Shown here in pieces: positions 28,358-41,219 of a DNA stretch of 64,000 nt. Where the stretch lies: assembly GCA_937996685.1 (NCBI GenBank), contig CALKUP010000002.1, forward strand, positions 113,066 through 177,065. Reading direction: 5' to 3'. The DNA comes from an uncultured bacterium (GTDB taxonomy: Bacteria > Patescibacteriota > Patescibacteriia > UBA9570 > XYC2-FULL-38-9). Under the pieces are notes generated by a model. It was given only the letters and a program-made list of their open reading frames with translations, did not search any database and was not told the origin of the DNA. The stretch's first letter is position 1. Each line of letters begins with the position of its first letter. The position numbers were made by a program, and so were the translations under genes.

Positions 28358-28395
28358 AAAACACCTCGGCCGCATGAATGCTTTCGGGGTGTTTT
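28358..28395 (+). terminator. Long hairpin between glmS and comEC, ending at the comEC ATG
   Basis: AAAACACCTCGG / TCGGGGTGTTTT. Confidence 0.55.
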
Positions 28396-29721
28396 ATGTT
28401 TCATCGATCAACCGTCGTGTTATTTCTTTTGCTGCTCGTGTGCGCTGTTTCAGTGTGGCGTCATCCAACTCCACGAGAGGTGAGCGCGGTGTATTTTCAT
28501 GATGCCGACAGAGTGCAGTTCGATGACGTGCGCGCTGTGGTTGTGCGCGAGCCAGATGTCTCTGAACACGACCAGCGGATCACAATTGCCGTTGATGGGC
28601 TTGGGGCGCAAGAAGAGTATTACGTGCGGATTACAACTGACGTCTATCCGTTTGTTCGCATTGGCGATGTGTTTGAGTTGTCGTGTGTTTTCAAGCGGCC
28701 GGAACCATTTGATGGTTTTGCATATGATGCCTATTTATTACGGTATCGAATTATCGCGGAATGCCGTCAACCGCAGATTCGTATTATCGGTAGAGAAGAA
28801 ACGATCCTCACGCACATCATTGATCAAAAGTTGTGGCTCATTGAACGATTGCAGCGCGATCTTCCATTGCCGGAAGCCGGTTTGTTGCTGGGGATTGTAT
28901 TCGGGGAAATGCGCGCGTTGCCTGATGAAATATTACAAGCCTTTCAAGTCACGGGCACATCCCATTTGTTGGTGATTTCTGGTTCAAATATTGTGCTCAT
29001 CACCGGCTGGATTCAAGCGTTCCTCCGGTGCTGTACAGCTGAACGCGGACGCATTCTGATTATTTTGGTTGCACTGACTGGATATACGGTAATGACCGGT
29101 GTGCAGCCATCTGCGACGCGCGCGGCAATTTTTGGCGGGATTATTTTGTGCAGCAATGCATTTGGTCGGCCGAATCAAGCGCTGCGTGGACTTGTGTACA
29201 CAGGGATTGTGATGGTCATTCTCAATCCGTTGATCTTGCTCTATGACGCCGGCTTTCAATTATCGTGGCTTGCAAGTTGCGGCATGATTGTTTGGAGTGA
29301 CCGGCTAACGAAAGCGCTGTCGTTTGTCCCCGAGCGTTTTGAATTACGCGCGGCTGCAAGCGCGACCCTCAGCGCGACGCTGATCACAACGCCGCTGTTG
29401 GTGGCGCAATTTCAAGTATTTTCTGTGATTGGATTTATTGCGAACCTCTTTTTGGTTCCACTTCTGTCTTCGTTTTTATTACTTGGCATTCTCTACACGG
29501 CGTGCGCTGTGGTGTTGCCGTGGCTCGCTGCGCTGGTGAGCGTGCCATTTCTTGTGGTGTTGCGTTACAGCGTGACCTTCGTGCTCTTTTTTTCGCACGT
29601 GCCGTATGCGCAAGTTCCGACGACTGTACCAGTCTCCAGCATGGTGATGTGCTATGCTGTACTCGGAATCTATATCTTGTACGTCATGCTCAAAAAACCT
29701 CAGTATCACTTTTATGAATAA
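28396..29721 (+). CDS. comEC: ComEC competence protein (OB-like plus membrane Competence domain)
   Basis: GTSHLLVISGSN, PSATRA, NPL..YDAGFQLS; start at ATG 28396. Confidence 0.92.
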   Translation: MFHRSTVVLFLLLLVCAVSVWRHPTPREVSAVYFHDADRVQFDDVRAVVVREPDVSEHDQRITIAVDGLGAQEEYYVRITTDVYPFVRIGDVFELSCVFKRPEPFDGFAYDAYLLRYRIIAECRQPQIRIIGREETILTHIIDQKLWLIERLQRDLPLPEAGLLLGIVFGEMRALPDEILQAFQVTGTSHLLVISGSNIVLITGWIQAFLRCCTAERGRILIILVALTGYTVMTGVQPSATRAAIFGGIILCSNAFGRPNQALRGLVYTGIVMVILNPLILLYDAGFQLSWLASCGMIVWSDRLTKALSFVPERFELRAAASATLSATLITTPLLVAQFQVFSVIGFIANLFLVPLLSSFLLLGILYTACAVVLPWLAALVSVPFLVVLRYSVTFVLFFSHVPYAQVPTTVPVSSMVMCYAVLGIYILYVMLKKPQYHFYE

Positions 29722-30631
29722 TACGAACGCAGAGCAGATTCGTGAAAAACGCAGCCGCCTCTTTTCATGGGTGATATTTTTCATATTACTCAGTGTGTCT
29801 GGTTTTGTTGCCTGGCAAGCAATGTCGACAATGCAGCAGCAATGGACACAAGACGGTGGGGTTCTGCGAGTGACGCAGCTCAATGTTGGTCAAGGCGATG
29901 GATTGCTTGTGCAAACCCCGCAAGGCAACGACATTCTTATTGACGCTGGTCGTGATCGTCGGATTCTGTCTGAAATCGGCACAGTGCTGCAGCCGTGGAA
30001 TACAACAATTGAATATGTGATCGCAACCCATGAAGACGCTGATCATATTGGTGGATTTCCGTTTATCGCACAGCAGTATCAGATCAATGAATGGATTGTG
30101 AGTGGTCGAACAAAAGAGACTACTGTCACAAAAGAATTGCATGCAGCGCAAGAGCGTGAAGGAGTGATGCATGTTGCGACAGCTGGAGAATCTATTGCGA
30201 TAGAAGATGGTGTTAGTCTTGAAATTCTCAGTCCAGATCAAGATGTGCCAGCCCATGAAGATATTAATGATGATTCAGTTGTGGCGATTTTGCACTACCA
30301 CGACTTTGCTCTTGCGCTCACCGGGGATGCTGGAATCACGTCTGAAAATGAGATCATGAAGCGTCACGAGCCAATTGATGTTGATATTCTGAAGGCCGGG
30401 CATCATGGTAGCAAGACCTCAACAAGTCCAGAGTTTTTGCAGTGGCTCGATCCGGAAATTGTGCTGATTTCCGCTGGGCAAGACAATGATTACGGGCATC
30501 CGCATTATCGAGTGCTGCACGATATTGAGCAATATGGCGCCTGGATATTCCGTACAGACAAAGATGGTCGAATTACATGTGAAACAGAGGGACTGCCAGG
30601 AGATGTTCAGTGTTCCAGGCAGTATGAATAA
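29714..30631 (+). CDS. ComEC-type metallo-beta-lactamase domain protein (separate ORF)
   Basis: NVGQGD, THEDADHIGG, NDDS, TGD, GHHGSKTS, YGHPH; N-terminal TM; start at ATG 29714. Confidence 0.9.
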   Translation: MNNTNAEQIREKRSRLFSWVIFFILLSVSGFVAWQAMSTMQQQWTQDGGVLRVTQLNVGQGDGLLVQTPQGNDILIDAGRDRRILSEIGTVLQPWNTTIEYVIATHEDADHIGGFPFIAQQYQINEWIVSGRTKETTVTKELHAAQEREGVMHVATAGESIAIEDGVSLEILSPDQDVPAHEDINDDSVVAILHYHDFALALTGDAGITSENEIMKRHEPIDVDILKAGHHGSKTSTSPEFLQWLDPEIVLISAGQDNDYGHPHYRVLHDIEQYGAWIFRTDKDGRITCETEGLPGDVQCSRQYE

Positions 30632-30642
30632 TCAAATTTTTG

Positions 30643-30651
30643 TGGTATACT
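30643..30651 (+). promoter_or_regulatory. Extended -10 TGG-TATACT, 6 nt before ndh ATG
   Basis: Exact motif; ATG 30658. Confidence 0.7.
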
Positions 30652-30657
30652 GCTGAC

Positions 30658-31883
30658 ATGCAAGCAAAAAGACACCTTGTAATTGTTGGTGCTGGATTTG
30701 GAGGATTGTCCGCTGCTTTAACGTTCGCTGAGGCAATTGAAAAGGGGAAGCAGCCACAGTTTGATATTACGGTGATTGATAAAAACGATTACCAGCTCTA
30801 TACACCTGATTTATATGAAATTGCGGCAGGGAGTGCCACTATTCAAGATAGTGTAGAGTTGAAAAAAACTGTCTGCATTGACGTGAAGCTTGCCTTGGCG
30901 CAATATCACATTCGATTTTTGTCTGCGACGGTCAATGGGGTGAATCGAGCGCATAAGACGGTCGAAACCTCAAAAGGAGTAATTGGATACGATTATCTAT
31001 TGTTGTCGCCTGGGAGCATCGCATTTGATTACGGAATACCAGGAATTGCCGAGCATGCAGTGAATTTAAAAACAGCGCATGATGCATTGCAGATTCGTGA
31101 GTCAATTATGGAACGCGTGCAACACGGGCTACCAACACGGATTGCAGTGTGTGGAGCGGGTCCAGCTGGTTCGGAGCTTGCAGCCGAGCTGGCGTTTGTC
31201 TACGGTCGTGAAAGCGCTGGCTTGGTGTCAGTCGCATTAGTTGATGGCGGTGAGCGTGTTCTGGGTGCGATGTCACCGGCAGTGAGTCGTCGTGCTGAAA
31301 AGCGATTGCAAAAACTGAACGTCGAATTACACCATCGTTTTCGCATTGCCTCTGTTACCGCTGACTCTTTGACAAGTACAACGGGAGACACGCTAGCGGC
31401 AGATATTATTATTTGGACCGGCGGAGTGACGGCGAATCCGTTGATGCAGGCCCTTGGCCTTGAATTAAATACGCACGGACAATTGCCCGTGGCAGCGACA
31501 TTCCAATCAGCGGAAGATTCTGCGATTTTTGCAATTGGTGACAGCGCGCAAATTCCACTGCCGGGCACAGATGGTGTGTTTGCACCGCAGACAGCGTACG
31601 AGGCGGTGACACAAGGAGAAAAGGTGGCGTGGAATATCCTGTTGCATGATGCAGGCGGGCATTTACAAGCCTATCATTCCCGTTTTCCGGGATATGTTGT
31701 CGCGTTAGGAGGAAAATATGGTGTTGTTGCGTTGCCAAAAAATATCGTTTTATCGGGAAGAATTGGCTATCTTGCTCGAAAAATCATTGATTTTAACCAT
31801 TTCCGTAGCGTTCTGCCCTTTATGCAAGCCTGCGCTTTTTGGTATACTGGTATGCAGTTAATGAATAAGAATGATTCATCCGT

Positions 31884-31887
<4 letters not shown>
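30658..31887 (+). CDS. ndh: Type II NADH dehydrogenase-like FAD oxidoreductase
   Basis: GAGFGG, second GAGPAGSELAAEL, IWTGG, FAIGD, AQ/P-QTA motif. Confidence 0.85.
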
Positions 31888-34396
<2,509 letters not shown>

Positions 34397-34420
34397 TGCA
34401 TTCATTGCTACACTCACTTC

Positions 34421-36046
34421 ATGGAATCTTCTACACCAACAACTGACTCCGCTATCCGTCGACCACTGGTATTACTCGTGCTTGATGGTTGGGGTATTGC
34501 GCCTCCGGGTCCCGGGAACGCGATTGTTACAGCGAAGACGCCGAATATGGATATGCTGGCAGAGCGGTACCCAACGGTTGCGCTGCATGCCTCTGGTGAG
34601 ATGGTTGGTTTGCCCCCGAACGAAATGGGGAATTCAGAGGTGGGTCATTTGAATATTGGCGCTGGCCGTATTCTATATCAAAGTTTGCCGCGGATTGATC
34701 GAGATGTGAGTTCCGGTCAATTTTTTCAGAACGAAACAATTCTCAAAGCTGTGCAAACAGCGAAAGAGCGCGGGAGTAAGATTCATTTACTCGGTCTTGC
34801 GAGTCACGGTGGTATCCATTCGTCGATTGCACATTTGTATGCGCTGCTTGAGTTGTGTAAACAGCAAGAGATGGGCGACAAGGTCTTTATTCACGCTGTT
34901 CTTGATGGTCGCGATACAGCGAAAAATGCTGGACTTGAAACCATTGCAGAACTCGAAACCAAATGCAATACCATCGGCGCAGGAAAAATCGCATCCCTTG
35001 CTGGGCGGTTTTGGGCAATGGATCGGGATAATCATTGGGAGCGCATTGAAGCAGCGTACAATGCAATGCGGCATGGTGTTGCAGACCAAAAAAATCACAG
35101 TCCGCTTGCGGCGATTGAGGAGTCGTACGGCAAGCAAGTGTTTGATGAAGAGTTTGTACCGACGGTCATTGTCAATGAACAAGGTGAGCCGACGACAACT
35201 GTTGATGATGGAGATGTGGTGATTTTTTTCAATTTTCGATCCGACAGAGCGCGGCAAATGACCAAAGCATTTGTGTTGCCAGGCTTTACAAAATTTGAAC
35301 GGGGATCAGCTTTTAATTCGTTGATTTTTGTGACAATGACTGAGTATGAAAAAAATATTCCAGTCCGTGTTGCGTATCAACAAGAGCAAGTAGAATATCC
35401 AATTGCGCGTGTGATTTCTGAGGCAGGCCTCACTCAGCTGCATGTTGCGGAAACAGAAAAATATGCGCACGTGACATTTTTTTTGAATGGTGGAGCCGAG
35501 GATCCGTTTTCTGGTGAAGAGCGGTCATTAGTCGCATCGCCGCGTGTTCAGTCATATGATCAATCTCCGGCAATGAGCGCAAAAGCGGTCAGTGATGCAG
35601 TTGTTGGTGGAGTTTCTGGAAAGAAGTTTGATTTTATTGTTGCGAATTTTGCAAACGCAGATATGATTGGGCACACTGGAAATCTTGCAGCGACCATTGC
35701 GGGCGTTGAAGTTGTTGATGCCTGTATTGGGGATATTGCAGCGGCTGTGGCAGCGGCCGATGGAACGCTAGTGATTACTGCAGATCACGGCAATGCAGAA
35801 GTGATGATTAATGCAAAAACAGGCGAGCCAGAAAAAGAGCACACAAAAAATGCTGTCCCGTGTATTATGGCATCTTCTGTCTTAGCAGCGCAGCGATCGT
35901 TGTGGCAACCGGTGACAAACGGTGATTTATCTCGCTTGCAACCAGTCGGGGTATTGTCTGATGTTGGGCCAACTGTGCTGACGTTACTTGGTGTTGCAAT
36001 TCCACAAGAAATGACTGGTCGGCCATTAATTCGCATGACGCAGTAA
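34421..36046 (+). CDS. gpmI: 2,3-BPG-independent phosphoglycerate mutase
   Basis: LDGWG, MGNSEVGH, AMDRD, ETEKYAHVTFF, ADHGNAE; TGC-TACACT (34406-34414) 6 nt before ATG. Confidence 0.98.
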   Translation: MESSTPTTDSAIRRPLVLLVLDGWGIAPPGPGNAIVTAKTPNMDMLAERYPTVALHASGEMVGLPPNEMGNSEVGHLNIGAGRILYQSLPRIDRDVSSGQFFQNETILKAVQTAKERGSKIHLLGLASHGGIHSSIAHLYALLELCKQQEMGDKVFIHAVLDGRDTAKNAGLETIAELETKCNTIGAGKIASLAGRFWAMDRDNHWERIEAAYNAMRHGVADQKNHSPLAAIEESYGKQVFDEEFVPTVIVNEQGEPTTTVDDGDVVIFFNFRSDRARQMTKAFVLPGFTKFERGSAFNSLIFVTMTEYEKNIPVRVAYQQEQVEYPIARVISEAGLTQLHVAETEKYAHVTFFLNGGAEDPFSGEERSLVASPRVQSYDQSPAMSAKAVSDAVVGGVSGKKFDFIVANFANADMIGHTGNLAATIAGVEVVDACIGDIAAAVAAADGTLVITADHGNAEVMINAKTGEPEKEHTKNAVPCIMASSVLAAQRSLWQPVTNGDLSRLQPVGVLSDVGPTVLTLLGVAIPQEMTGRPLIRMTQ

Positions 36047-36057
36047 TAAAATGATAT

Positions 36058-37068
36058 ATGATTAAAGCACTTCGTCGCTCAAAAAAACAACGATTTGATA
36101 TCGTGACTATTGGAAGTAGTTTGCGTGATACGTCTTTTTTTTCAAACGAGTTACAAGTCATTGATAATCCTATCAATGACGCAACGTGCAAACGACTCAT
36201 GGCAGTGGAGCACGGCGCAAAGATTCACAGTGACCATGTGCAAGTTGGATTTGGTGGTGGCGCCGGGAACACGGCAATGAATTTCGCGATACTTGATTTC
36301 AATGTTGGAATCATGAGTAGTATTGGAGCAGACGTTGATGGTCAAGCAATTATTGACCACTATCGAACCCAAGGTATTGATACGCGTTTTATTGAAGAGG
36401 TTGCTGGTGTGCGCACAGGTTTTTCCTTTATCACTGTTCATCCAAATAGTCATGATCGAACAATGTATGTCTATTACGGCGCGGCTCGAAAATTACAGGC
36501 ACCAAAAACAATATTTGAAAATTTTGAAACAGAGTGGTTTTATATCTCATCGTTAAATCATTCCACTTGGAAAAAAACTATCGAACATGCGATTGAAACG
36601 GGAGCGAGCGTTGCATGGAATCCAGGTTCTATGCAATTACAAGGATCTACAACCGCTTTAAAGCAGTTGATGAAACAGGTGCAAGTGCTTATTTTGAATA
36701 GTGATGAAGCAGCTGAGTTACTTGTGAAATGCGGATATGAAAATCGTGAATATTCATTAGAGGAACTGGTGAATGCTGTGTACGCATTCGGCTCAGGAAT
36801 TGTACTGATTACAGATGGGGCAAACGGATCTATTGTGCGTCGTGATGACGAAGTTATTTTTCAGCCCGCAACAGACAAGCTGCCGCTCGATACAAGTGGT
36901 GCCGGTGATTGCTTTGGCTCATCGTTTGTCACTGGTGTTATTCGATATGATGGCAATCTTGCAAAAAGCTTAGAGCTCGGGCAATATATCGCTGATCGTT
37001 TAATCGCAAAACCGGGCGCGCAAAATGGATTTGTTCCATGGGAAAAGTTGCCAAAAAAATTCCGATAA
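36058..37068 (+). CDS. PfkB-family carbohydrate kinase
   Basis: GGGAGNTA, N..EA, DTSGAGDCF. Confidence 0.9.
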   Translation: MIKALRRSKKQRFDIVTIGSSLRDTSFFSNELQVIDNPINDATCKRLMAVEHGAKIHSDHVQVGFGGGAGNTAMNFAILDFNVGIMSSIGADVDGQAIIDHYRTQGIDTRFIEEVAGVRTGFSFITVHPNSHDRTMYVYYGAARKLQAPKTIFENFETEWFYISSLNHSTWKKTIEHAIETGASVAWNPGSMQLQGSTTALKQLMKQVQVLILNSDEAAELLVKCGYENREYSLEELVNAVYAFGSGIVLITDGANGSIVRRDDEVIFQPATDKLPLDTSGAGDCFGSSFVTGVIRYDGNLAKSLELGQYIADRLIAKPGAQNGFVPWEKLPKKFR

Positions 37069-37077
37069 CAAAAGATT

Positions 37078-37389
37078 ATGAAGATTCAATGGACAAAGCC
37101 ACTTGCAAAAAATGTTGGAGAAGTCTTGCGTGAAGCAGGGTATCATTATTTTGTTGACCCAAATACGCATAAAGGTAGTTTTGTGTTGCGTTTAAGCAAA
37201 CAATATTATCCGCGGTATCATGTCTATGTGAAAGAAGCGGACGGCGCAACAATTGTTGATTTACATATTGATCAAAAACACGCGTCATACGAAGGACAAA
37301 AAATGCATTCTGGTGAGTCAGATGGCCGGGTTGTTGAAGAAGAAATTGCGCGAATTGAACGCTGGCTTGAGCATTTTACGGTTATATAA
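37078..37389 (+). CDS. Hypothetical protein
   Basis: Clean ORF in operon; YPRYHVY..DLHIDQK..HSGE. Confidence 0.75.
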   Translation: MKIQWTKPLAKNVGEVLREAGYHYFVDPNTHKGSFVLRLSKQYYPRYHVYVKEADGATIVDLHIDQKHASYEGQKMHSGESDGRVVEEEIARIERWLEHFTVI

Positions 37390-37447
37390 GGGTATTTTAT
37401 AGGGGTTTGCGAGAGTTGCGTTGCGATGGTTGTTTTGGTATACTATC

Positions 37448-37510
37448 TGTAGTCTTGAGTGCAAAAAGTCACTCATTAAATTCCATAACCAGGATACCTG
37501 GTCAGCTACA
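37448..37510. other. Candidate structured RNA (three-stem junction)
   Basis: TGTAGT/GCTACA, TGAGTG/CACTCA and ACCAGG/CCTGGT pairings. Confidence 0.4.
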
Positions 37511-38046
37511 TGACATTTTTTTGTATGCATACAAAAAGCCATCCACAACAAAAAGTCCATAAACGGTTTCAAAAACACGTGTTTGGCGCTGTTCGTGATG
37601 CAAAAAATGATACTCCTCAACCAGATGAACCGCGCCGCACTTCGCGTACTTCAAAATCCGTTGGTGCAATTGTCTTGAATCAAAAATTGCAAGTGTTGCT
37701 TATTTTTCAACAACAAAATAAATATTGGGAATTTCCAAAAGGGAAAATGGAAGCCGGAGAAGATGAAGTTGCGACATTGAAACGCGAAATCAACGAAGAG
37801 ACAGGAATTCGGAAATTTCGTTTGGTGCATAATTTTCGGAAATTAATGTATTACACATTTCGATTTGAAGGCTCAACGATTCGTCGGAGTGTTGTGTATT
37901 ACTTGATTCAAACTGGTGATCCAATTCAGTTGTCAGATGAGCATTCTCAATATATGTGGCTCTCATTTGATGCAGCAAAGAAAAAGCTCAAACATAAAAA
38001 TCAAATTAAATTGCTCGATCAGGTAACAGAATTGATTTATGGGTAA
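37510..38046 (+). CDS. NUDIX hydrolase (Ap4A-hydrolase-like)
   Basis: WEFPKGKMEAGE...REINEETG, SDEH; start 37510 or 37525. Confidence 0.88.
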   Translation: MTFFCMHTKSHPQQKVHKRFQKHVFGAVRDAKNDTPQPDEPRRTSRTSKSVGAIVLNQKLQVLLIFQQQNKYWEFPKGKMEAGEDEVATLKREINEETGIRKFRLVHNFRKLMYYTFRFEGSTIRRSVVYYLIQTGDPIQLSDEHSQYMWLSFDAAKKKLKHKNQIKLLDQVTELIYG

Positions 38047-39742
38047 ATTGTTTCAATGGCAGGTTGCGGAAAAGATTAGTGAAGCGGAATTGTTGCGTTT
38101 CCCAGAATTTTCTGAGCTTGTGATTCAACTGCTTGCGAATCGTGGAATCACAGAAACAGCGGACATCGAATCATTTTTGCAACCAGATTATTTTCAAGAT
38201 CAACACGATCCTTTTTTGTTTCGTGATATGCGCGTTGCCGTTGATCGCATTAATCAGGCACTGAAGAATAAAGAAAAAATTACTATTCATGGTGATTATG
38301 ATGCGGATGGTGTGTGTGCATCTGCGGTGCTCTACAAAACCTTAATCGCGCTTCATGCTGATGTTGATTATTACTTACCGCATCGTGACACTGAGGGCTA
38401 TGGCTTGAACATGAACACAGTGGCAAAATTGAAAGCCGCTGGAACGCAATTAATCATTACGGTTGATTGTGGGATTTCCAATAAGCCAGAAGTTCAAGCA
38501 GCGGTTGATGCTGGAATGGAAGTGATTGTAACGGATCATCACAGTGAACCGCCGGAATTGCCAGATGCAGCGCTCGCTGTCTTGAATCCAAAAATTGCTG
38601 CAGAGCCATATCCATTTAAATATCTTGCGGGTGTTGGAGTGTCCTTTAAGCTCTGTCAGGCATTGATTCGTGAGCATGGTTTAGGCGAAGCATTTGAAAA
38701 ATGGCTCCTTGACTTAGTCGCGATTAGTACAGTGACAGATTTTGTGGAACTGGTTGGTGAAAACCGCGTCTTTTTGAAATACGGTTTAGTGGTGCTACAA
38801 AAAAATCAACGCCCTGGTTTGCGCGAACTGTTTGCGGTGATGGGCAAGGAAGCGAAAGATGCGACAGCTGAGACTATTGGGTTTCATATCGGTCCGCACA
38901 TTAATGCAGCAGGTCGCGTTAATCATGCCAATCAAGCACTGGAGCTTGTATTAGAAGAAAACCGAGACAATGCACAAGTGATGGCAAAGCAACTTGCAGC
39001 AACAAATAAAGAGCGGCAAGTGCAAAGTGGTAAAATGAGCAAAGAGGCGCTCGAGCAAGCCTTGTTGCAAACCAATGAAACCGTTATTATCGTTGAAGGG
39101 GATGAATGGCCGGTTGGATTAGTCGGACTTGTAGCAGGAAAAGTTGCATCTGAATATAACCGACCGACGTTTGTGATTACGACTATGGGCGACGAAATTG
39201 TTGGGAGTGGTCGTTCAATCCCGCAGTTCCATCTTGTTGAAGCGTTGCAATCCATGGATGAAGTGTTTACAAAATACGGCGGACATCCAGGAGCGTGTGG
39301 TTTTTCATTGAAAGACCGCGAAGCCTTGGAAGAGTTCAAGGTGCGCATGCGTGCTCGTGGAAACGAGTTGCTTGCTGGCAAGGATTTACGAAAGATTGTG
39401 AAAGCTGAAAAAGAAATCACACTTGGTGAAGCAGATTGGAATCTGGTTTCAACCGTTGAACAATTTGCTCCGTATGGTCAAAGCAATCCCGAGCCAATTT
39501 TTGTCTCTCGCGGTGTGCGTATTGAAAAAATTGATTGCGTTGGGAAAACCCAAGCGCATTTACGGATGCGTGTTTCGCAAGACGGTGTTGTGCGTCCATG
39601 CATTGGATTTTCTCTCGGTGAGTTGTGTGAAGAATTTCCAGCTGGAAGCATGGTGAATATTGCCTACACCATTTCAGTGAATGAATGGAACGGTAACAAA
39701 GATATTCAATTTCAGTTAATTGATATTGAAGCAGTAGAATAA
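38039..39742 (+). CDS. recJ: Single-stranded DNA exonuclease RecJ
   Basis: GDYDADG, TVDCG, TDHH, INAAGR, GSGRS, GGH. Confidence 0.97.
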   Translation: MGKLFQWQVAEKISEAELLRFPEFSELVIQLLANRGITETADIESFLQPDYFQDQHDPFLFRDMRVAVDRINQALKNKEKITIHGDYDADGVCASAVLYKTLIALHADVDYYLPHRDTEGYGLNMNTVAKLKAAGTQLIITVDCGISNKPEVQAAVDAGMEVIVTDHHSEPPELPDAALAVLNPKIAAEPYPFKYLAGVGVSFKLCQALIREHGLGEAFEKWLLDLVAISTVTDFVELVGENRVFLKYGLVVLQKNQRPGLRELFAVMGKEAKDATAETIGFHIGPHINAAGRVNHANQALELVLEENRDNAQVMAKQLAATNKERQVQSGKMSKEALEQALLQTNETVIIVEGDEWPVGLVGLVAGKVASEYNRPTFVITTMGDEIVGSGRSIPQFHLVEALQSMDEVFTKYGGHPGACGFSLKDREALEEFKVRMRARGNELLAGKDLRKIVKAEKEITLGEADWNLVSTVEQFAPYGQSNPEPIFVSRGVRIEKIDCVGKTQAHLRMRVSQDGVVRPCIGFSLGELCEEFPAGSMVNIAYTISVNEWNGNKDIQFQLIDIEAVE

Positions 39743-39748
39743 CGATAT

Positions 39749-40168
39749 ATGAATGAAACACTGACATTATTTACCGATGGTGGATCACGCGGAAATCCAG
39801 GGCCTTCAGCGCTCGGGGCCGTGTTGTTTGATCAACATGGTAACGTTGTAAAAGAAATCAGCGAATACCTCGGAGTCACCACAAACAATCAAGCAGAGTA
39901 TCGCGCGGTTGTTGCTGGACTCAAGGCTGCGAAAGAGCTTGGCGCAACGCGGGTTGATTGCAAAATGGACAGCTTGCTGGTTGTCAAACAAATGAATCGT
40001 GAATGGAAGGTGAAAGATGTAAATATCGCGCCACTGGTTGTTGAATTGCATAATCTTGGAGTTGCAATTGGAACAGTGACATACACACACGTACGCCGAG
40101 AATATAATAAACACGCCGATGCACTCGTTAATAAAGCCCTGGATGCGCAGGCAGGTGTGACACGATAA
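39749..40168 (+). CDS. rnhA: Ribonuclease HI
   Basis: DGGSRGNPG, TNNQAEY, DSLLVV.Q, HVRRE.N..AD. Confidence 0.95.
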   Translation: MNETLTLFTDGGSRGNPGPSALGAVLFDQHGNVVKEISEYLGVTTNNQAEYRAVVAGLKAAKELGATRVDCKMDSLLVVKQMNREWKVKDVNIAPLVVELHNLGVAIGTVTYTHVRREYNKHADALVNKALDAQAGVTR

Positions 40169-40181
40169 AAACGCTCTGTTA

Positions 40182-41195
40182 TTATCGTTGTAAAAAGGTG
40201 TCGGCTTCGTAGAGGTCGATGCTGTTTTTTGTTGCCGTTGCGGTTGGGTCTTGCGTGTTGGTTGTGACAATTGTACGACCGTTGTTTCGAATGTGATCAA
40301 TAAAGATATTTTGTGCGCTCAGGAGTGTCCAGGTTTGTCTGCGGTCTCGTGAGTCGTATTCAACAGCATAGAGACCCGCGTTTGTTGTGTAGTAAAAATA
40401 TTGTCCAGAGCTATGTGCTCCAACACTTGTAATTGGCGTGCCAACTCGCGCGATAAGGTCCATGTTTTTTGGATCTAATTGGTAGAGCCAGAGATCTGTG
40501 CCGCTGGCGTAGAGCAAGGTGTTTTTATCAATCCAGGTTGCGTCTGTAATTGCGCCATCAATAATTGTTGTGTAATCAGTGTCGTTGATGTCTTTCAAAA
40601 CATATGTGCGAGCAGCTTTTGGATCAACAAGTAACAACTTCGGACCGCCGGTGATTACTTGTAGTTGTTCGATGTTCGAAAATCCCTGTTCGGATAAAAT
40701 GCGCTCCGCATTCGCAAGCTTGCTCGCGGCTTCTGTGACAGTATCAATTTTTGTAATTTCTAAAGAGTTTTCCAAAAGAGATCGTGTTTCAACAAACGGT
40801 TTTTGTGTGAGCTCAGAATAAAACAATACAATGTCAGGAAAGACAATGGATTTTCCAGGAGTAATAGTGGTTTGTTTTTCCCAGGTGTGATATCCCGGTT
40901 TTGATACAGTAATGCGATATGCTCCCGCGCTTGCAGTTTTAATATATGGCGTTGTTTCGGCTTGAACTTCACTATTGAGTGACACTGTCGCATTTTTTGG
41001 TGTAGAGATCAAAGAAATTGCAGCAGTGCGAGTCAGTGAGCGTGTTTCTTTGTTGTATCGATAGCCAGCAGAATAGACACCAACAAATAAGAGTGCTGGA
41101 ATTGCAATGACAATAAAGACCCAGAAAATAATCGGTTGCTTGCGTTGCACGGTGTATCCGCGTTGCTCTGGTTTGTCGCTTGATTGACTGGTCAT
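40182..41195 (-). CDS. PEGA-domain membrane-anchored protein with propeller-like C-terminus
   Basis: TM helix, GYRY, S.PKNATV...TP...G.Y.ITVSKPGYHTW; start moved to ATG 41195. Confidence 0.8.
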   Translation of the reverse strand: MTSQSSDKPEQRGYTVQRKQPIIFWVFIVIAIPALLFVGVYSAGYRYNKETRSLTRTAAISLISTPKNATVSLNSEVQAETTPYIKTASAGAYRITVSKPGYHTWEKQTTITPGKSIVFPDIVLFYSELTQKPFVETRSLLENSLEITKIDTVTEAASKLANAERILSEQGFSNIEQLQVITGGPKLLLVDPKAARTYVLKDINDTDYTTIIDGAITDATWIDKNTLLYASGTDLWLYQLDPKNMDLIARVGTPITSVGAHSSGQYFYYTTNAGLYAVEYDSRDRRQTWTLLSAQNIFIDHIRNNGRTIVTTNTQDPTATATKNSIDLYEADTFLQR

Positions 41196-41219
41196 AGGCT
41201 TTCGAATATAGTTAGAGTC

